This document shows positions 10,296 to 20,232 of a DNA stretch of 64,000 nucleotides, piece after piece. The stretch comes from Syntrophales bacterium (lineage in GTDB: Bacteria > Desulfobacterota > Syntrophia > Syntrophales > PHBD01): contig OY764159.1 in the NCBI GenBank assembly GCA_963668175.1, forward strand, positions 416,001 through 480,000, given 5' to 3'. Position 1 is the stretch's first letter; every line of letters begins with the position of its first letter. The notes under the pieces are model-generated. The model had not been told where the DNA came from. It saw only the letters and a list, made by a program, of their open reading frames with translations, and searched no databases. The position numbers and the translations under genes are program-made.

Positions 10296-10629
10296 CCGTC
10301 CGCAGACGTTCTGTCTCGCCTTCCTTTTTCCCGAATCATGTGGAAGCATCGATAATGCGGCTATTTCTTCATCCTTCACGACTTGTTCGATCTCGATTTC
10401 ATGACATGCGGAAGACGCCGGCCTTTCAGAAAGGAGGCTTGATGTGATTTTGCTGCATTATATTTATCAAAATAACTTGATAAAATATGATAACTGTGAA
10501 AAGTGAAAGCGTTACCATGAAAGTGCGCCGTAACCGCCGGTTCATCGGTGATGGCCGTGTCGCGGCGGCACAGGGGCCCGCTGAGCGAGGAGTCTATAAT
10601 TCAAAACTATTGCCGAGAGAAGAACGATT

Positions 10630-10905
10630 ATGCCAGACTACAGAATTAAAATCACAGAGACTGAAGATGAGGAACTCACCCATCATCATTATCTGATTAC
10701 GGCCAAGGATGCAGACGAAGCCAAACGCATCGCCATGAAATACATGAAGCATTTCATCGATGACGATGAACATCCGGAAATCATTGAGGGTGGTTACTCT
10801 TTTTACAATGGCGCCTACTTGGTTAAATTAACCGACATCAAACCTACAACGAAAGAGCAGTTCAAGGATTTCCTGCTTAAAATTCATACAATCAATTTAA
10901 CCTGA
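10630..10905 (+). CDS. Small acidic hypothetical protein
   Basis: 91-aa ORF with protein-like composition filling an intergenic gap; purine-rich sequence upstream. Confidence 0.7.
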   Translation: MPDYRIKITETEDEELTHHHYLITAKDADEAKRIAMKYMKHFIDDDEHPEIIEGGYSFYNGAYLVKLTDIKPTTKEQFKDFLLKIHTINLT

Positions 10906-11113
10906 ACGTCCGGCTTCAAGAAATTTATGATGGTTGCACCCTGGACCGTTTTGAATAGTGTGTTTCGGAATGGAGGGCAAGTTTCACATTCCGGAACCGA
11001 TGAAACAACCCGGTGTATGATTTTGTCCTGACTCTCTCGTAACGATCTTTCTATCCGGGGGTCAAAGGACCGTCGAGTTGCGGTCATCACGTTGCTTCGG
11101 GGAGATCAAAGGC

Positions 11114-11788
11114 ATGGATAATAAGATACGCAGAAATTTCGGCAGAAAGGATAGTGTTCTTTATCATGACAGCGGACGCTCGTCCGTTATCAGGAAAACC
11201 GTTTGTTCCATCCCGGCGGTCGTTGCGTTGATGGTTTTCCTGTCCGTGACCTCTTTCGCCGTAGCGGAACAATCCCTGGTACCCTCATATGGCGCGGGGA
11301 AATATGAATTGTTCGTCTTCACGGATTACTTCTGCCCGCCTTGCCAAGAGCTGGAAGCGGACATGGAGCCGGCCTTAAGACGTTTGCTTGCGACGGGCGG
11401 TGTCAGGGTTACATTCGTTGACGTGCCGCTGCATCAGTATTCATTGTTATATATCAAATACTTTCTCTATGCGGCCAACGGAGGCGCCAAGAACAAAGAT
11501 ATCCTCCGCGCTCGCAACATTCTCTTCAGCCTTGCCAAAAGCAACACTGTAACGACTGAAGATGATCTGGCAAACGCTCTCCGCAAACAGCGTGTCGCCT
11601 TCAAACCCTACGATCTCAAGAATGTCTTTGCAGCATTAACCGAAATCGTCCGTAAGCACAACATCCGGTCCACACCGACGTGCATCGTGAAATATTCCGA
11701 TACCGACGTACGCAAATATATCGGCGGCGATGAGATAAAGAAGGGGCTGTCGCTCCTCCAGACACATCTGAAGAATCCACAGCGCTAG
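11114..11788 (+). CDS. DsbA-like thioredoxin-fold protein
   Basis: FTDYFCPPC (CxxC) and cis-Pro STPT motifs; hydrophobic signal segment; GGGGAG RBS before ATG 11114. Start uncertain. Confidence 0.8.
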   Translation: MDNKIRRNFGRKDSVLYHDSGRSSVIRKTVCSIPAVVALMVFLSVTSFAVAEQSLVPSYGAGKYELFVFTDYFCPPCQELEADMEPALRRLLATGGVRVTFVDVPLHQYSLLYIKYFLYAANGGAKNKDILRARNILFSLAKSNTVTTEDDLANALRKQRVAFKPYDLKNVFAALTEIVRKHNIRSTPTCIVKYSDTDVRKYIGGDEIKKGLSLLQTHLKNPQR

Positions 11789-11868
11789 ATTTTCATGGAA
11801 CACATTTTCCGGAAAAGCGGGCCGCGCAGGACATCGCCGCTTTCCGACACGCCGGATCGTTAATCGTC

Positions 11869-13290
11869 ATGAAAAAAATGAAAAAGAAGACCAAGATCGT
11901 CGCAACGATCTCAGACCGGCGATGCGATGTGCCTTTTCTTGTAAAGCTTTTCCGCGCCGGGATGGATGTGGTCAGGCTCAACACGGCCTATCAATCTCTG
12001 GACCGGGCCATGCACATCATCGAAAACACGAGGAAAGTATCGGACGATATTGCGATTCTTATCGACACCAAAGGTCCGGAAATTCGTACGGGCCGCGTTG
12101 CGTCCGCGATAACCCTCGGTTGCGGAGACACGATTTCCGTCAAGGGTGCCCCTGGCGAAACGGGAAGCCGGGACTGCCTCTACGTGACCTATCCGGGATT
12201 TGTGCATGACGTCCCCGTACACAGCCATGTCCTGATCGATGACGGACAACTCGATCTCTACGTCAAGGAAAAAAAGGGAGGTGCCTTAATCTGCCAGTCC
12301 CTGAACGAAGGCGTTATAGAAGGGCACAAGAGCGTGAACGTGCCGAATGTCCGTTTCAATCTGCCGTCTTTAAGCAAGAAGGACCGGGATTTTATAGCCT
12401 TCGCCATGGACCAGGATATCGACTTCATCGCCCATTCTTTCGTCCGCTCCAAGGAAGACGTCCTGGCTGTTCAGGCCTTGCTGGACAAACGGCGAAGTCC
12501 CATCAAGATCATAGCCAAAATTGAAAACAGGGAAGGCGTCGAACACATCGACGAAATTCTGGACCATGCCTACGGCATTATGGTGGCCCGCGGAGATTTG
12601 GCGATAGAAATACCTTATGAAAAGATACCCGGCATCCAGAAGATGATCATCGAGAAGTGTATTGCCCGTCGAAAACCGGTTATCGTCGCCACCCAGATGC
12701 TCCACTCCATGATAGCCAATCCCCGCCCCACGAGAGCCGAGGTCAGCGATATCGCCAGCGCCATCTACGGTAAAGCGGATGCCATCATGCTGAGCGGCGA
12801 AACGGCCAGCGGCCGCTATCCCGTAGAAGCCGTGGTGACCATGGCGAAAGTCGCCGCCGAAGTCGAAAAATCCCAAAGCGACGTCCATGCCGTTCCGACC
12901 GTCGTCCTCACCAACGAGCGGTCGGCCTTCCTGACCAAGACGGCCGTGGAGGCAGCCATCCATCTCAAGGCCAAAGCCATCGTCGCCGATACGTCGTCGG
13001 GCAACTCGATACGCAATATGGCCGGCTTCAGGGGACAGACTCCCATATTCGCCCACTGTTACGACAGGCACGTCGTGAGGCAACTTACGCTCTCTTTCGG
13101 CGTACACCCCGAATACCTGAGCCGGACAAAGAACAGTCACGACTTCGTTCACAAAGCACTGCAAAGCCATCTTGAGGACGGAACGCTCAGGAGTAAGGAC
13201 CTTGTCATCATTATGGCCGGAAATTACGGGGACAGTTACGGGGCGTCCTTTATCGAGATCAGTCCCGTGGAACTTCTCATGAACAGATAG
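11869..13290 (+). CDS. pyk: Pyruvate kinase
   Basis: KTKIVATI, DTKGPEIRTG, IIAKIEN, MVARGDL, PTRAEVSD and MLSGETA motifs. Confidence 0.97.
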   Translation: MKKMKKKTKIVATISDRRCDVPFLVKLFRAGMDVVRLNTAYQSLDRAMHIIENTRKVSDDIAILIDTKGPEIRTGRVASAITLGCGDTISVKGAPGETGSRDCLYVTYPGFVHDVPVHSHVLIDDGQLDLYVKEKKGGALICQSLNEGVIEGHKSVNVPNVRFNLPSLSKKDRDFIAFAMDQDIDFIAHSFVRSKEDVLAVQALLDKRRSPIKIIAKIENREGVEHIDEILDHAYGIMVARGDLAIEIPYEKIPGIQKMIIEKCIARRKPVIVATQMLHSMIANPRPTRAEVSDIASAIYGKADAIMLSGETASGRYPVEAVVTMAKVAAEVEKSQSDVHAVPTVVLTNERSAFLTKTAVEAAIHLKAKAIVADTSSGNSIRNMAGFRGQTPIFAHCYDRHVVRQLTLSFGVHPEYLSRTKNSHDFVHKALQSHLEDGTLRSKDLVIIMAGNYGDSYGASFIEISPVELLMNR

Positions 13291-13293
13291 ATG

Positions 13294-15054
13294 TCAGGAC
13301 CGGTCCGACTCCGGAGTAAGGGGTATGAAAAGGGATACGGTCGTGCCTGCACCGGGTCTGCTTTCGATATCCATCCAGCCCTGGCTCACCTTAAGTAGGT
13401 GTTTCACGATTGACAACCCCAGGCCGGTACCGCCCATCTCACGCGACCTCGTCTTATCGACACGATAGAACCTCTCCCCCAGGCGGGATATTTCATCTTT
13501 GGGAATGCCGATTCCCGTGTCGCTTATTCTGATGTTCAGGACATCATCCTTGCCCACGGATACCGAGACGGTAATGCGTCCGCCGTGCGGCGTAAATTTG
13601 ACGGCATTGTCCAGGACGTTCAGCAGTATCTGCGAAATTTTATCCCGGTCGGCATTGAGAAGAGGGAGGGTCCCGGGAACGTCGCTCGCAATTTGCAGGC
13701 CCTTCTCCGCCGCTTTTGCATGAATGACGGCCAGAATATTCTCCAGCAGATGATCGAAGGCAAAAGGCTTTACTTCCAGCGCCGTCTCACCCAGTTCAAT
13801 CCTCGACAGCGTAAGGAGATCGTCGACGAGACGGTCCAGACGCAAGGCATGGTCGTGAATGATCTGGAGAAATTTGCGGGCCGTTGCGCCATCGTCAAGG
13901 GCGCCCTGTTGCAGGGTCTCGACGAATCCGATAATCGCCGTCAGCGGGGTTTTAATCTCGTGGGTCACGTTGGCCACAAAATCAGCGCGCACACATTCGA
14001 GCTGCTTCAATCGCGTCACGTCATGAAATACAAGCATCACTTTTTCGGGTTGCCCAGGCGGGGCCTTGATAACCGAGACGTTTACATCCAACAGCACCTT
14101 TCCCGTTTCACCTAGGGCTATTTCCTGGAGCTGCGCCTGCTTGGTCGCCCGGACCTGTTCCACGGCATCATGCAGTCTGGTGCTGTGAAAGGTTTCCAGG
14201 GTCGTTTTACCGATAATCTCCTCGGTCCTGGCATCAAGAATCTCTCGCATGCTCTTGTTTAAGGTTTCGATGCGGTTTTCGGCATCCAGAACCATGACAC
14301 CCTCCGACATGCTCGCAAATGCCGACTTTAATTTCTCCTGTTCCTCCAAGGCCGCAGTGATCTTCTCCTGCAGAGCCACAACCATCTCGTTGATATTCCC
14401 CGCGAGTTGTCCGATCTCATCCCTGGAATGCACCACGATCGATCCGGACACATCGCCCCTTTTAACTTTCTCTGTAAATTCAGCCATATCCGCAATGGGG
14501 GCGGTAACTTTTAGGGAAAAGGCAAGAGCGCCAAGCATAGACAGGATAATAATCATAAGGAAGACGTGGCTGATGATATAACGAAAGTGAGTAAGCGATT
14601 CGGAAACCTGATACAACGGCAGGGCCAGGCGTATGTACGCGCTGATCTTGCCAGCTTCATAAAGAGGCAATGCGACATAAAGCATATCCGTCCCCAGGGT
14701 GCGGCTGTACCGTATCGCAGACCCTTTCCCTTTGAGACGCGATTCCTGAATTTCAGGGCGATTCAGATGGTTGTCCATATCCCGGACGGCATCCGAATCG
14801 GAGATGACATTGCCCGAGGCGTCGATTAAAGTCAGCCGCGCATGGGAACTTGCGGACAGGTATTTGCTGCGCTTCACGATATCATCGGTCTGCATGGCAG
14901 CAATGATCCGGGCCTGGGCCAGCAGATTCTCCTCTATGACTTTCCTTAAATCCCCGGTAATCTGCTTCTCAATAAAGTACCCTGTGATCAGGAAAGCCAG
15001 AATCCCGACGGCTAAAAAGAGACCAAGCTGTTTAAAGAAGAGACGGTTTTTCAT
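13294..15054 (-). CDS. phoR: Phosphate regulon sensor histidine kinase (HAMP-PAS-HisKA-HATPase)
   Basis: FVANVTHEIKTPL H-box, NAVKF, ERFYRVDKTRSREMGGTGLGLSIVKH; sits in the pho operon. Confidence 0.92.
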   Translation of the reverse strand: MKNRLFFKQLGLFLAVGILAFLITGYFIEKQITGDLRKVIEENLLAQARIIAAMQTDDIVKRSKYLSASSHARLTLIDASGNVISDSDAVRDMDNHLNRPEIQESRLKGKGSAIRYSRTLGTDMLYVALPLYEAGKISAYIRLALPLYQVSESLTHFRYIISHVFLMIIILSMLGALAFSLKVTAPIADMAEFTEKVKRGDVSGSIVVHSRDEIGQLAGNINEMVVALQEKITAALEEQEKLKSAFASMSEGVMVLDAENRIETLNKSMREILDARTEEIIGKTTLETFHSTRLHDAVEQVRATKQAQLQEIALGETGKVLLDVNVSVIKAPPGQPEKVMLVFHDVTRLKQLECVRADFVANVTHEIKTPLTAIIGFVETLQQGALDDGATARKFLQIIHDHALRLDRLVDDLLTLSRIELGETALEVKPFAFDHLLENILAVIHAKAAEKGLQIASDVPGTLPLLNADRDKISQILLNVLDNAVKFTPHGGRITVSVSVGKDDVLNIRISDTGIGIPKDEISRLGERFYRVDKTRSREMGGTGLGLSIVKHLLKVSQGWMDIESRPGAGTTVSLFIPLTPESDRS

Positions 15055-15740
15055 TCCTCGTTCTCGGCGGATTCCTTGTGTCTGACACTGATACCTGTAA
15101 CCATATAGACGACCATGTCGGCAATGCCCTTGGCGTGATCGGAAATCCGTTCCAGATTTTTCGATATCTGCATGATGATGAGGGCCCGGTGGATCGTTCT
15201 CGGATCTTCCATCATGAAGGTGAGCAATTCGCGGAAGATCTGTTCATTGAGATGATCGACCATTTCGTCGTCCATCCGCACTTTATGAGCCAGATCGACG
15301 TCCTGATTCACCAGGGCGTCGAGGCTTTCCTTAATCATCCCCTGACCTATTTCCGCCATCCGGGGCAGATCGATGTATGGCTTCAATTGCACTTCGTTAT
15401 TAAGAAAAACGACTTTTTCCGCGATATTGACGGCCATGTCGCCGATCCTCTCCAGGTGGCCGTTGATTTTAATCGCCGTCGTGATGAAGCGCAGGTCCCG
15501 CGCTGCCGGCTGACGTAAAGCCAGTAGTCGGATACACCGGTCCTCGATTTCCACATCGAGCCGGTCTATCTGATCGTCCTCGGCGATGACCTGTCGGGCC
15601 AGCTCGGTATCGCGTGTTATTAATGCTTTCATGCCGTTGTTTATCGCGGACTGCGTCAGGGCGCCGAGATAAAGAAGGCCGTCCTTGATTTCCTGGAGTT
15701 CCCTTTCATATTCCCGACTTGTGTGTTTCTTTTCGTCCAT
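15051..15740 (-). CDS. phoU: Phosphate signalling protein PhoU
   Basis: Two PhoU repeats (QPAARDLR, LERIGD, LERISDHA). Start MDEKKH at 15740 after an AAGG RBS; the longer ORF in the track overlaps pstB. Confidence 0.95.
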   Translation of the reverse strand: MDEKKHTSREYERELQEIKDGLLYLGALTQSAINNGMKALITRDTELARQVIAEDDQIDRLDVEIEDRCIRLLALRQPAARDLRFITTAIKINGHLERIGDMAVNIAEKVVFLNNEVQLKPYIDLPRMAEIGQGMIKESLDALVNQDVDLAHKVRMDDEMVDHLNEQIFRELLTFMMEDPRTIHRALIIMQISKNLERISDHAKGIADMVVYMVTGISVRHKESAENEE

Positions 15741-15754
15741 AACATACCCTTTCC

Positions 15755-16525
15755 TTATCCAAATCGCCCCGTGATATAATCTTCCGTCTGTTTGATCTTC
15801 GGATTGGTGAATATGATCTCCGTCAGATCGTACTCTATGAGACGACCCATGTAAAAAAATCCGGTCTGCTCCGAAACGCGGGCTGCCTGCTGCATATTGT
15901 GGGTGACAATAATGATCGTATAGTGCCTTTTCAGTTCGTCGATCAGTTCTTCTATTTTCGCCGTTGAAATCGGATCCAGGGCCGACGTGGGTTCGTCCAT
16001 CAAGAGGACATCGGGCTTCATGGCCAGGGCCCTGGCGATGCAAAGACGCTGCTGCTGCCCGCCGGACAGCGCCATGGCGGATTTATCGAGGATGTCCTTG
16101 ACTTCCTCCCACAAAACGGCCTGTTTCAGGCTCTGCTCGACGAGCGCGTCCAGATCGCTCTTCTTGCTGACTCCCGATAAGCGGGGCCCGAAGGTGATGT
16201 TGTTCCATATCGTTTTCGGGAAAGGGTTCGGCTTTTGAAACACCATGCCGATACGCCTCCTGACTTCGACCGGATCCACATGGGGGGCATATATGTCCTC
16301 GTTTTCAAAAAGCACTTTGCCCGTCACCCTCGTATCGACGATCAGGTCGTTCATCCGGTTGAGAAGACGGAGCAGCGTCGATTTCCCGCAACCAGAGGGC
16401 CCGATCAGGGCGGTAACGCGGTTTTTCTGAAAAGACATGTTGATATCCATCAGGGCCTGAAAATTACCGTAATAGAAGTTAACATTTTCAACGTCGATAA
16501 TATGGTCTGTTTCCACGATTACCAC
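15755..16525 (-). CDS. pstB: Phosphate ABC transporter ATPase
   Basis: [33 protein letters not shown] and DEPTSALDP motifs; ends YITGRFG. Confidence 0.97.
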   Translation of the reverse strand: MVIVETDHIIDVENVNFYYGNFQALMDINMSFQKNRVTALIGPSGCGKSTLLRLLNRMNDLIVDTRVTGKVLFENEDIYAPHVDPVEVRRRIGMVFQKPNPFPKTIWNNITFGPRLSGVSKKSDLDALVEQSLKQAVLWEEVKDILDKSAMALSGGQQQRLCIARALAMKPDVLLMDEPTSALDPISTAKIEELIDELKRHYTIIIVTHNMQQAARVSEQTGFFYMGRLIEYDLTEIIFTNPKIKQTEDYITGRFG

Positions 16526-17403
16526 CTTTTATTTCGTCTCACGTATCCCCGGATGATGATGGCAATCAGATCGATGCCCAACACGATGGCCACCAGCACG
16601 AGAACCGTTCCGTATTGGATGGGGCGAGTCTCTTCGATATGGGTCCCGGCCGTCGCCAGAACATAAATATGATAAGGAAGCGCCATGACTTCGTCAAATA
16701 TGGAATGGGGGAGCTTGGCGGTGAAAAAAGCTGCGGCCGTAAACATGATGGGGGCCGTTTCTCCTGCCGCCCGGCCGATACCCAGGATGCAGCCCGTCAG
16801 AATTCCCGGCAGGGCCGTCGGCAAAACGATCTTCTGAATGGTCTGCCATTTCGAAACCCCCAGAGCGAGTGAAGCTTCCCTGAACGTCTGCGGCACGGAT
16901 TTCAATGCCTCTTCGGAGGCCCCAATGATGGTTGGCAGAATCAGAATGCCGAGCGTCAGGGCACCGGACAGGATGCTGGAACCGAAGTGAAAAAAAACGA
17001 CGAAGAGGCCCAGGCCGAAAAGGCCGAAAACGACCGAGGGAACGCCGGCAAGGCAATTGACGCCGATACGGATGACCCGTACCGTTCGTCCTTGCCTGGC
17101 ATATTCCGTCAGATAAATGGCGGAAACGACGCCGACAGGAAGAGAGACAATAACGGCCCCCAAAGTGAGGTAGAGGGTACCCACAATGGCGGGCATGACG
17201 CCTCCCTTGGTCATGGAGTCCATCGGCGGGAGGGTCAGGAAATCCCAGTTGATCGCCCCGATACCGTTGATAAAGATAAAGAACATGATGCCGCCAAGTG
17301 ACAGGAGGATAGTGAATACCGACAGGCGGACGATGAGGAAGAAGAGTTTTTGTTTTAAATGACGCCAGGCCATGGATTTAGTTCCCGTCACCGGCATGGG
17401 CAT
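16519..17403 (-). CDS. pstA: Phosphate ABC transporter permease
   Basis: [21 protein letters not shown] and RAAGETAP motifs. Confidence 0.95.
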   Translation of the reverse strand: MPMPVTGTKSMAWRHLKQKLFFLIVRLSVFTILLSLGGIMFFIFINGIGAINWDFLTLPPMDSMTKGGVMPAIVGTLYLTLGAVIVSLPVGVVSAIYLTEYARQGRTVRVIRIGVNCLAGVPSVVFGLFGLGLFVVFFHFGSSILSGALTLGILILPTIIGASEEALKSVPQTFREASLALGVSKWQTIQKIVLPTALPGILTGCILGIGRAAGETAPIMFTAAAFFTAKLPHSIFDEVMALPYHIYVLATAGTHIEETRPIQYGTVLVLVAIVLGIDLIAIIIRGYVRRNKRW

Positions 17404-17419
17404 ATCCTCTGTATGATAT

Positions 17420-18307
17420 TCATAATGTTGCCGAACCGACTTCCTTGAATTTTTCGGAGACGTAATCGGCGATCAGGTTGAATAGAAGCGTCATCATGAA
17501 AAGGACGATACCGGTCGCGAAGAGGGCATGATAATGGCCGCTGCGGAAAGGCGCTTCGCCCATTTCCGCGGCAATGGAGGCCGGCATGGGACGGACGGAA
17601 TCGAAAATACTTTCCGGGATAGCCGCCGCACCTCCTGCAACCATCAGGACCACCATGGTTTCGCCGACAGCCCTTGCCATGCCCAGAATCACTGCGGCGC
17701 ATATGCCTGAAAGCGCCGCAGGCATGACCACCTTGGTGATCGTTTCATGCTTCGTCGCACCAAGGGCGTAGGACGCCTCCTTGAATTCCTGCGACACGGC
17801 ATAGAGGGCGTCCTCCGAAATGCTGGAAATCGTGGGAATCGCCATAAGGGCCAGCACAAGAGAGGCACTGACAATATTCAACCCCGTCGGAAGGTTGAAG
17901 GTATCCTGCAGCCAGGGTGCCAGAACGACCATACCGAAGAATCCCAGCACGACGGACGGCAAACCGGCCAGCAGTTCGATGACGGACTTGAGAATCTCTT
18001 TGAGAAAAGGCGGTGCCAATTCGGATATATAGACCGCCGAAAGGATGCCCAGGGGGATGGCTATAAGAGACGAACAAAATGTCACGGCAAGCGTTCCGAC
18101 GATGAGCGGCCAGATACCGTACGAAGGAGGGTCATAGGTCGGATACCACTCCCGTCCGAAGAGAAAATTGCTGACGGACACTTTCTGGAATATGGGCAAC
18201 CCTTCCTTAAAGAGGAAGATCACGATAAGCCCGAGCAGTAAAAAGGATATCAGCGAGAAGAAAAAGAACAGCTGTTTGATGATGATTTCTTTTTGATGCC
18301 TGGTCAC
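17420..18307 (-). CDS. pstC: Phosphate ABC transporter permease
   Basis: ELLAGLPSVVLGFFG and RAVGETMVVLMVAG motifs; GTG start after GGAAGG. Confidence 0.95.
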   Translation of the reverse strand: MTRHQKEIIIKQLFFFFSLISFLLLGLIVIFLFKEGLPIFQKVSVSNFLFGREWYPTYDPPSYGIWPLIVGTLAVTFCSSLIAIPLGILSAVYISELAPPFLKEILKSVIELLAGLPSVVLGFFGMVVLAPWLQDTFNLPTGLNIVSASLVLALMAIPTISSISEDALYAVSQEFKEASYALGATKHETITKVVMPAALSGICAAVILGMARAVGETMVVLMVAGGAAAIPESIFDSVRPMPASIAAEMGEAPFRSGHYHALFATGIVLFMMTLLFNLIADYVSEKFKEVGSATL

Positions 18308-18417
18308 GGAAACAACCTTCCGAGGATTGATTTATTATCTGCTATCGTGCGGATAGATATCCAAACAAAAGCGTCAATATTTTATCTCCATTTCGAGGAG
18401 GACCCGGTCCTACTATA

Positions 18418-18522
18418 TCATACCCGTACTGCGCTGAAGAGCACAAAGCCGAGCGGCTCGCGGAGCAATACGCAGTGAAAAAAAACTGCGATATCTCTTA
18501 TTGCTTCTTCAACTGCCTTCAT
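18418..18522 (-). CDS. Candidate 34-aa small ORF (MKAVEEAIRDIAVFFHCVLLREPLGFVLFSAVRV)
   Basis: ATG lies 11 nt downstream of the -10 of the Pho-box promoter; below the ORF-track cutoff; no Shine-Dalgarno. Confidence 0.3.
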   Translation of the reverse strand: MKAVEEAIRDIAVFFHCVLLREPLGFVLFSAVRV

Positions 18523-18533
18523 ATTTCGCATTC

Positions 18534-18589
18534 ACGATACAGGGTATTTGTTGCAGTTTTATGAAGGAATGATGAAAAGACTGTTAAAG
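18534..18589 (-). promoter_or_regulatory. PhoB-dependent promoter: four Pho-box half-sites plus a -10
   Basis: Minus strand reads CTTTAAC-agtc-TTTTCAT-catt-CCTTCAT-aaaa-CTGCAAC (11-bp period), then a 10-nt spacer, then TATCGT; upstream of pstC. Confidence 0.8.
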
Positions 18590-18602
18590 GAACGGCCAAA
18601 GT

Positions 18603-19304
18603 TCAAATCCTGTCGGCAAATTTGTACCCAATGCCGCGGATTGTGAAGACATATTGAGGATTTTCCTTGTCCTTCTCGATTATTGAGCGCAAACGGCTGA
18701 TATGGACGTCGACGGTCCGGGGCTCGACGAAGGCCTCGTCCCCCCATATATAATCCAATAACTGATCGCGGCTGTAGACCCTGCCGGGATGCCGGCTCAG
18801 AAAGATGAGGAGCTTGATCTCGGTAGGCCCCAGGTCCACTTTCCGGTCATGAACATAGACCTCATAGGAATGGTAAAGGATGCGGAGTCCCTTGAACTCG
18901 AAAATTTCCTGCGCCTCTTCCGCATGACGGTTGTCCAGGCGCCTCAACACGGCCCGGATGCGGGCAATCAACTCCTTGACGTTGAACGGCTTCGTTACAT
19001 AGTCGTCGGCACCCATTTCGAGTCCCAGGATCTTGTCCAGATCGTCGTTGCGGGCTGTCAGCATAATGATGGGCAGCCGCTCCGTCTTTTTGTCGCGCCG
19101 AATCGCTTTGCAGACATCGAGTCCCCTGACGCCCGGCAGCATCAGATCCAGGATCACCATGTCCGGCGATTCCGTCCGAACGAGATTGAGGGCCTGTCCC
19201 CCATCGTAGGCTTTGACCGTCGTAAATCCTTCTTTCTCCAGATTATACGCAATAAGATCGACAATATCTTTTTCATCGTCGACAACAAGTATTTTTTTTG
19301 TCAT
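18603..19304 (-). CDS. phoB: OmpR/PhoB-family response regulator
   Basis: VVDDE, LDLMLP, GADDYVTKPF and RTVDVHISRLR motifs; adjacent to the pst genes. Confidence 0.92.
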   Translation of the reverse strand: MTKKILVVDDEKDIVDLIAYNLEKEGFTTVKAYDGGQALNLVRTESPDMVILDLMLPGVRGLDVCKAIRRDKKTERLPIIMLTARNDDLDKILGLEMGADDYVTKPFNVKELIARIRAVLRRLDNRHAEEAQEIFEFKGLRILYHSYEVYVHDRKVDLGPTEIKLLIFLSRHPGRVYSRDQLLDYIWGDEAFVEPRTVDVHISRLRSIIEKDKENPQYVFTIRGIGYKFADRI

Positions 19305-19385
19305 GATAGATGTTCAACCGGTTGTTTGAGATAAGTACCGTGTAATGCTCGCCATGCATCCACCCACAAAAGACACCCCGCATCT

Positions 19386-20057
19386 TCACGCGGGACGAGA
19401 TGACATCTCACTCACAATGCGGCTGGATGAAGACAGGATGATCCAGGAACGCATCATGTCCAGGGCCTGCTCATGAAGGTCCGGGCGCCAGGAGCCGACG
19501 GCGTCTTCAGGAACGATGACCCGGTATCCTGCATCGGCGGCACCGATACAGGTCGCCATCACGCAATGATTCGTATACATCCCGGCAACGACAAGGGTAT
19601 CGATTCCGTTCTGCCTCAAAATATGGTCAAGAGCCGATGCATGGAACGCCCCTTGAGCCGTTTTATTCACGACGGGTTCATTGGGCTCCGGCGCCAGTTC
19701 CGGCATCACAGCATAACCGGGGTCCCCGACGGGGACAATGGCGGGGATGCCTAATCTTTCGCGGCATTTTCGATTCCACAGCCGGACGTACGGAACAAGA
19801 TCGCGTCCGTCTTCCGCCAGGGAACCGAAGGCCGTAAAGACCACGAGCGCCCCGGCCGATCGGAAGGCTGCCAGCAACCTCCCAATGACCGCCGCCGCCT
19901 CTTTTCCCTTTCGCACGGCTCCCGCTTCAGCCTCCGGACCATGGATCACGCCGAAATAGCGTGGGAGATTGCCGCGTTCCCCCGCCTGATAGATCTGCAT
20001 ATCCACAACCAGCAGGGCTGTGGCTGCCTTGTTTCCGATCAGCGACTTGCGAGGCAT
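19386..20057 (-). CDS. Isochorismatase-family cysteine hydrolase
   Basis: ALLVVDMQ, NKTAQGAF and GMYTNHCV carry the D-K-C triad. Start taken at MPRKS (uncertain). Confidence 0.85.
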   Translation of the reverse strand: MPRKSLIGNKAATALLVVDMQIYQAGERGNLPRYFGVIHGPEAEAGAVRKGKEAAAVIGRLLAAFRSAGALVVFTAFGSLAEDGRDLVPYVRLWNRKCRERLGIPAIVPVGDPGYAVMPELAPEPNEPVVNKTAQGAFHASALDHILRQNGIDTLVVAGMYTNHCVMATCIGAADAGYRVIVPEDAVGSWRPDLHEQALDMMRSWIILSSSSRIVSEMSSRPA

Positions 20058-20232
20058 CTCTTCCTGAATCGCGGCGCACCTCCTTTCCCGTCGTCTATTG
20101 CCGTTTTGAATATAGATTTTTTTTTCACAATGCACAATATCAAATAAGGTGTTGCAGCTCTAGTCCCGCTTGATTATTTCCATGTTTCGTATATATTGAT
20201 TATTATTATCGTTGCAACCCCAGGAAGGCATA

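Noticed and set aside
10510..10562. Fluoride (crcB) riboswitch-like string ..CGCCGTAACCGCCGGTTCATCGGTGATGG
   Set aside because: It lacks the 5' GGnGAUG and P1 pairing and the pseudoknot complement, and the downstream gene is not a fluoride-resistance gene.
15741..16043. N-terminal extensions in the ORF track for phoU (also dctP, hisH, hisF, tolQ and HMG-CoA lyase)
   Set aside because: They overlap upstream genes or promoters. Downstream starts fit better with family length and, in most cases, a recognisable RBS.
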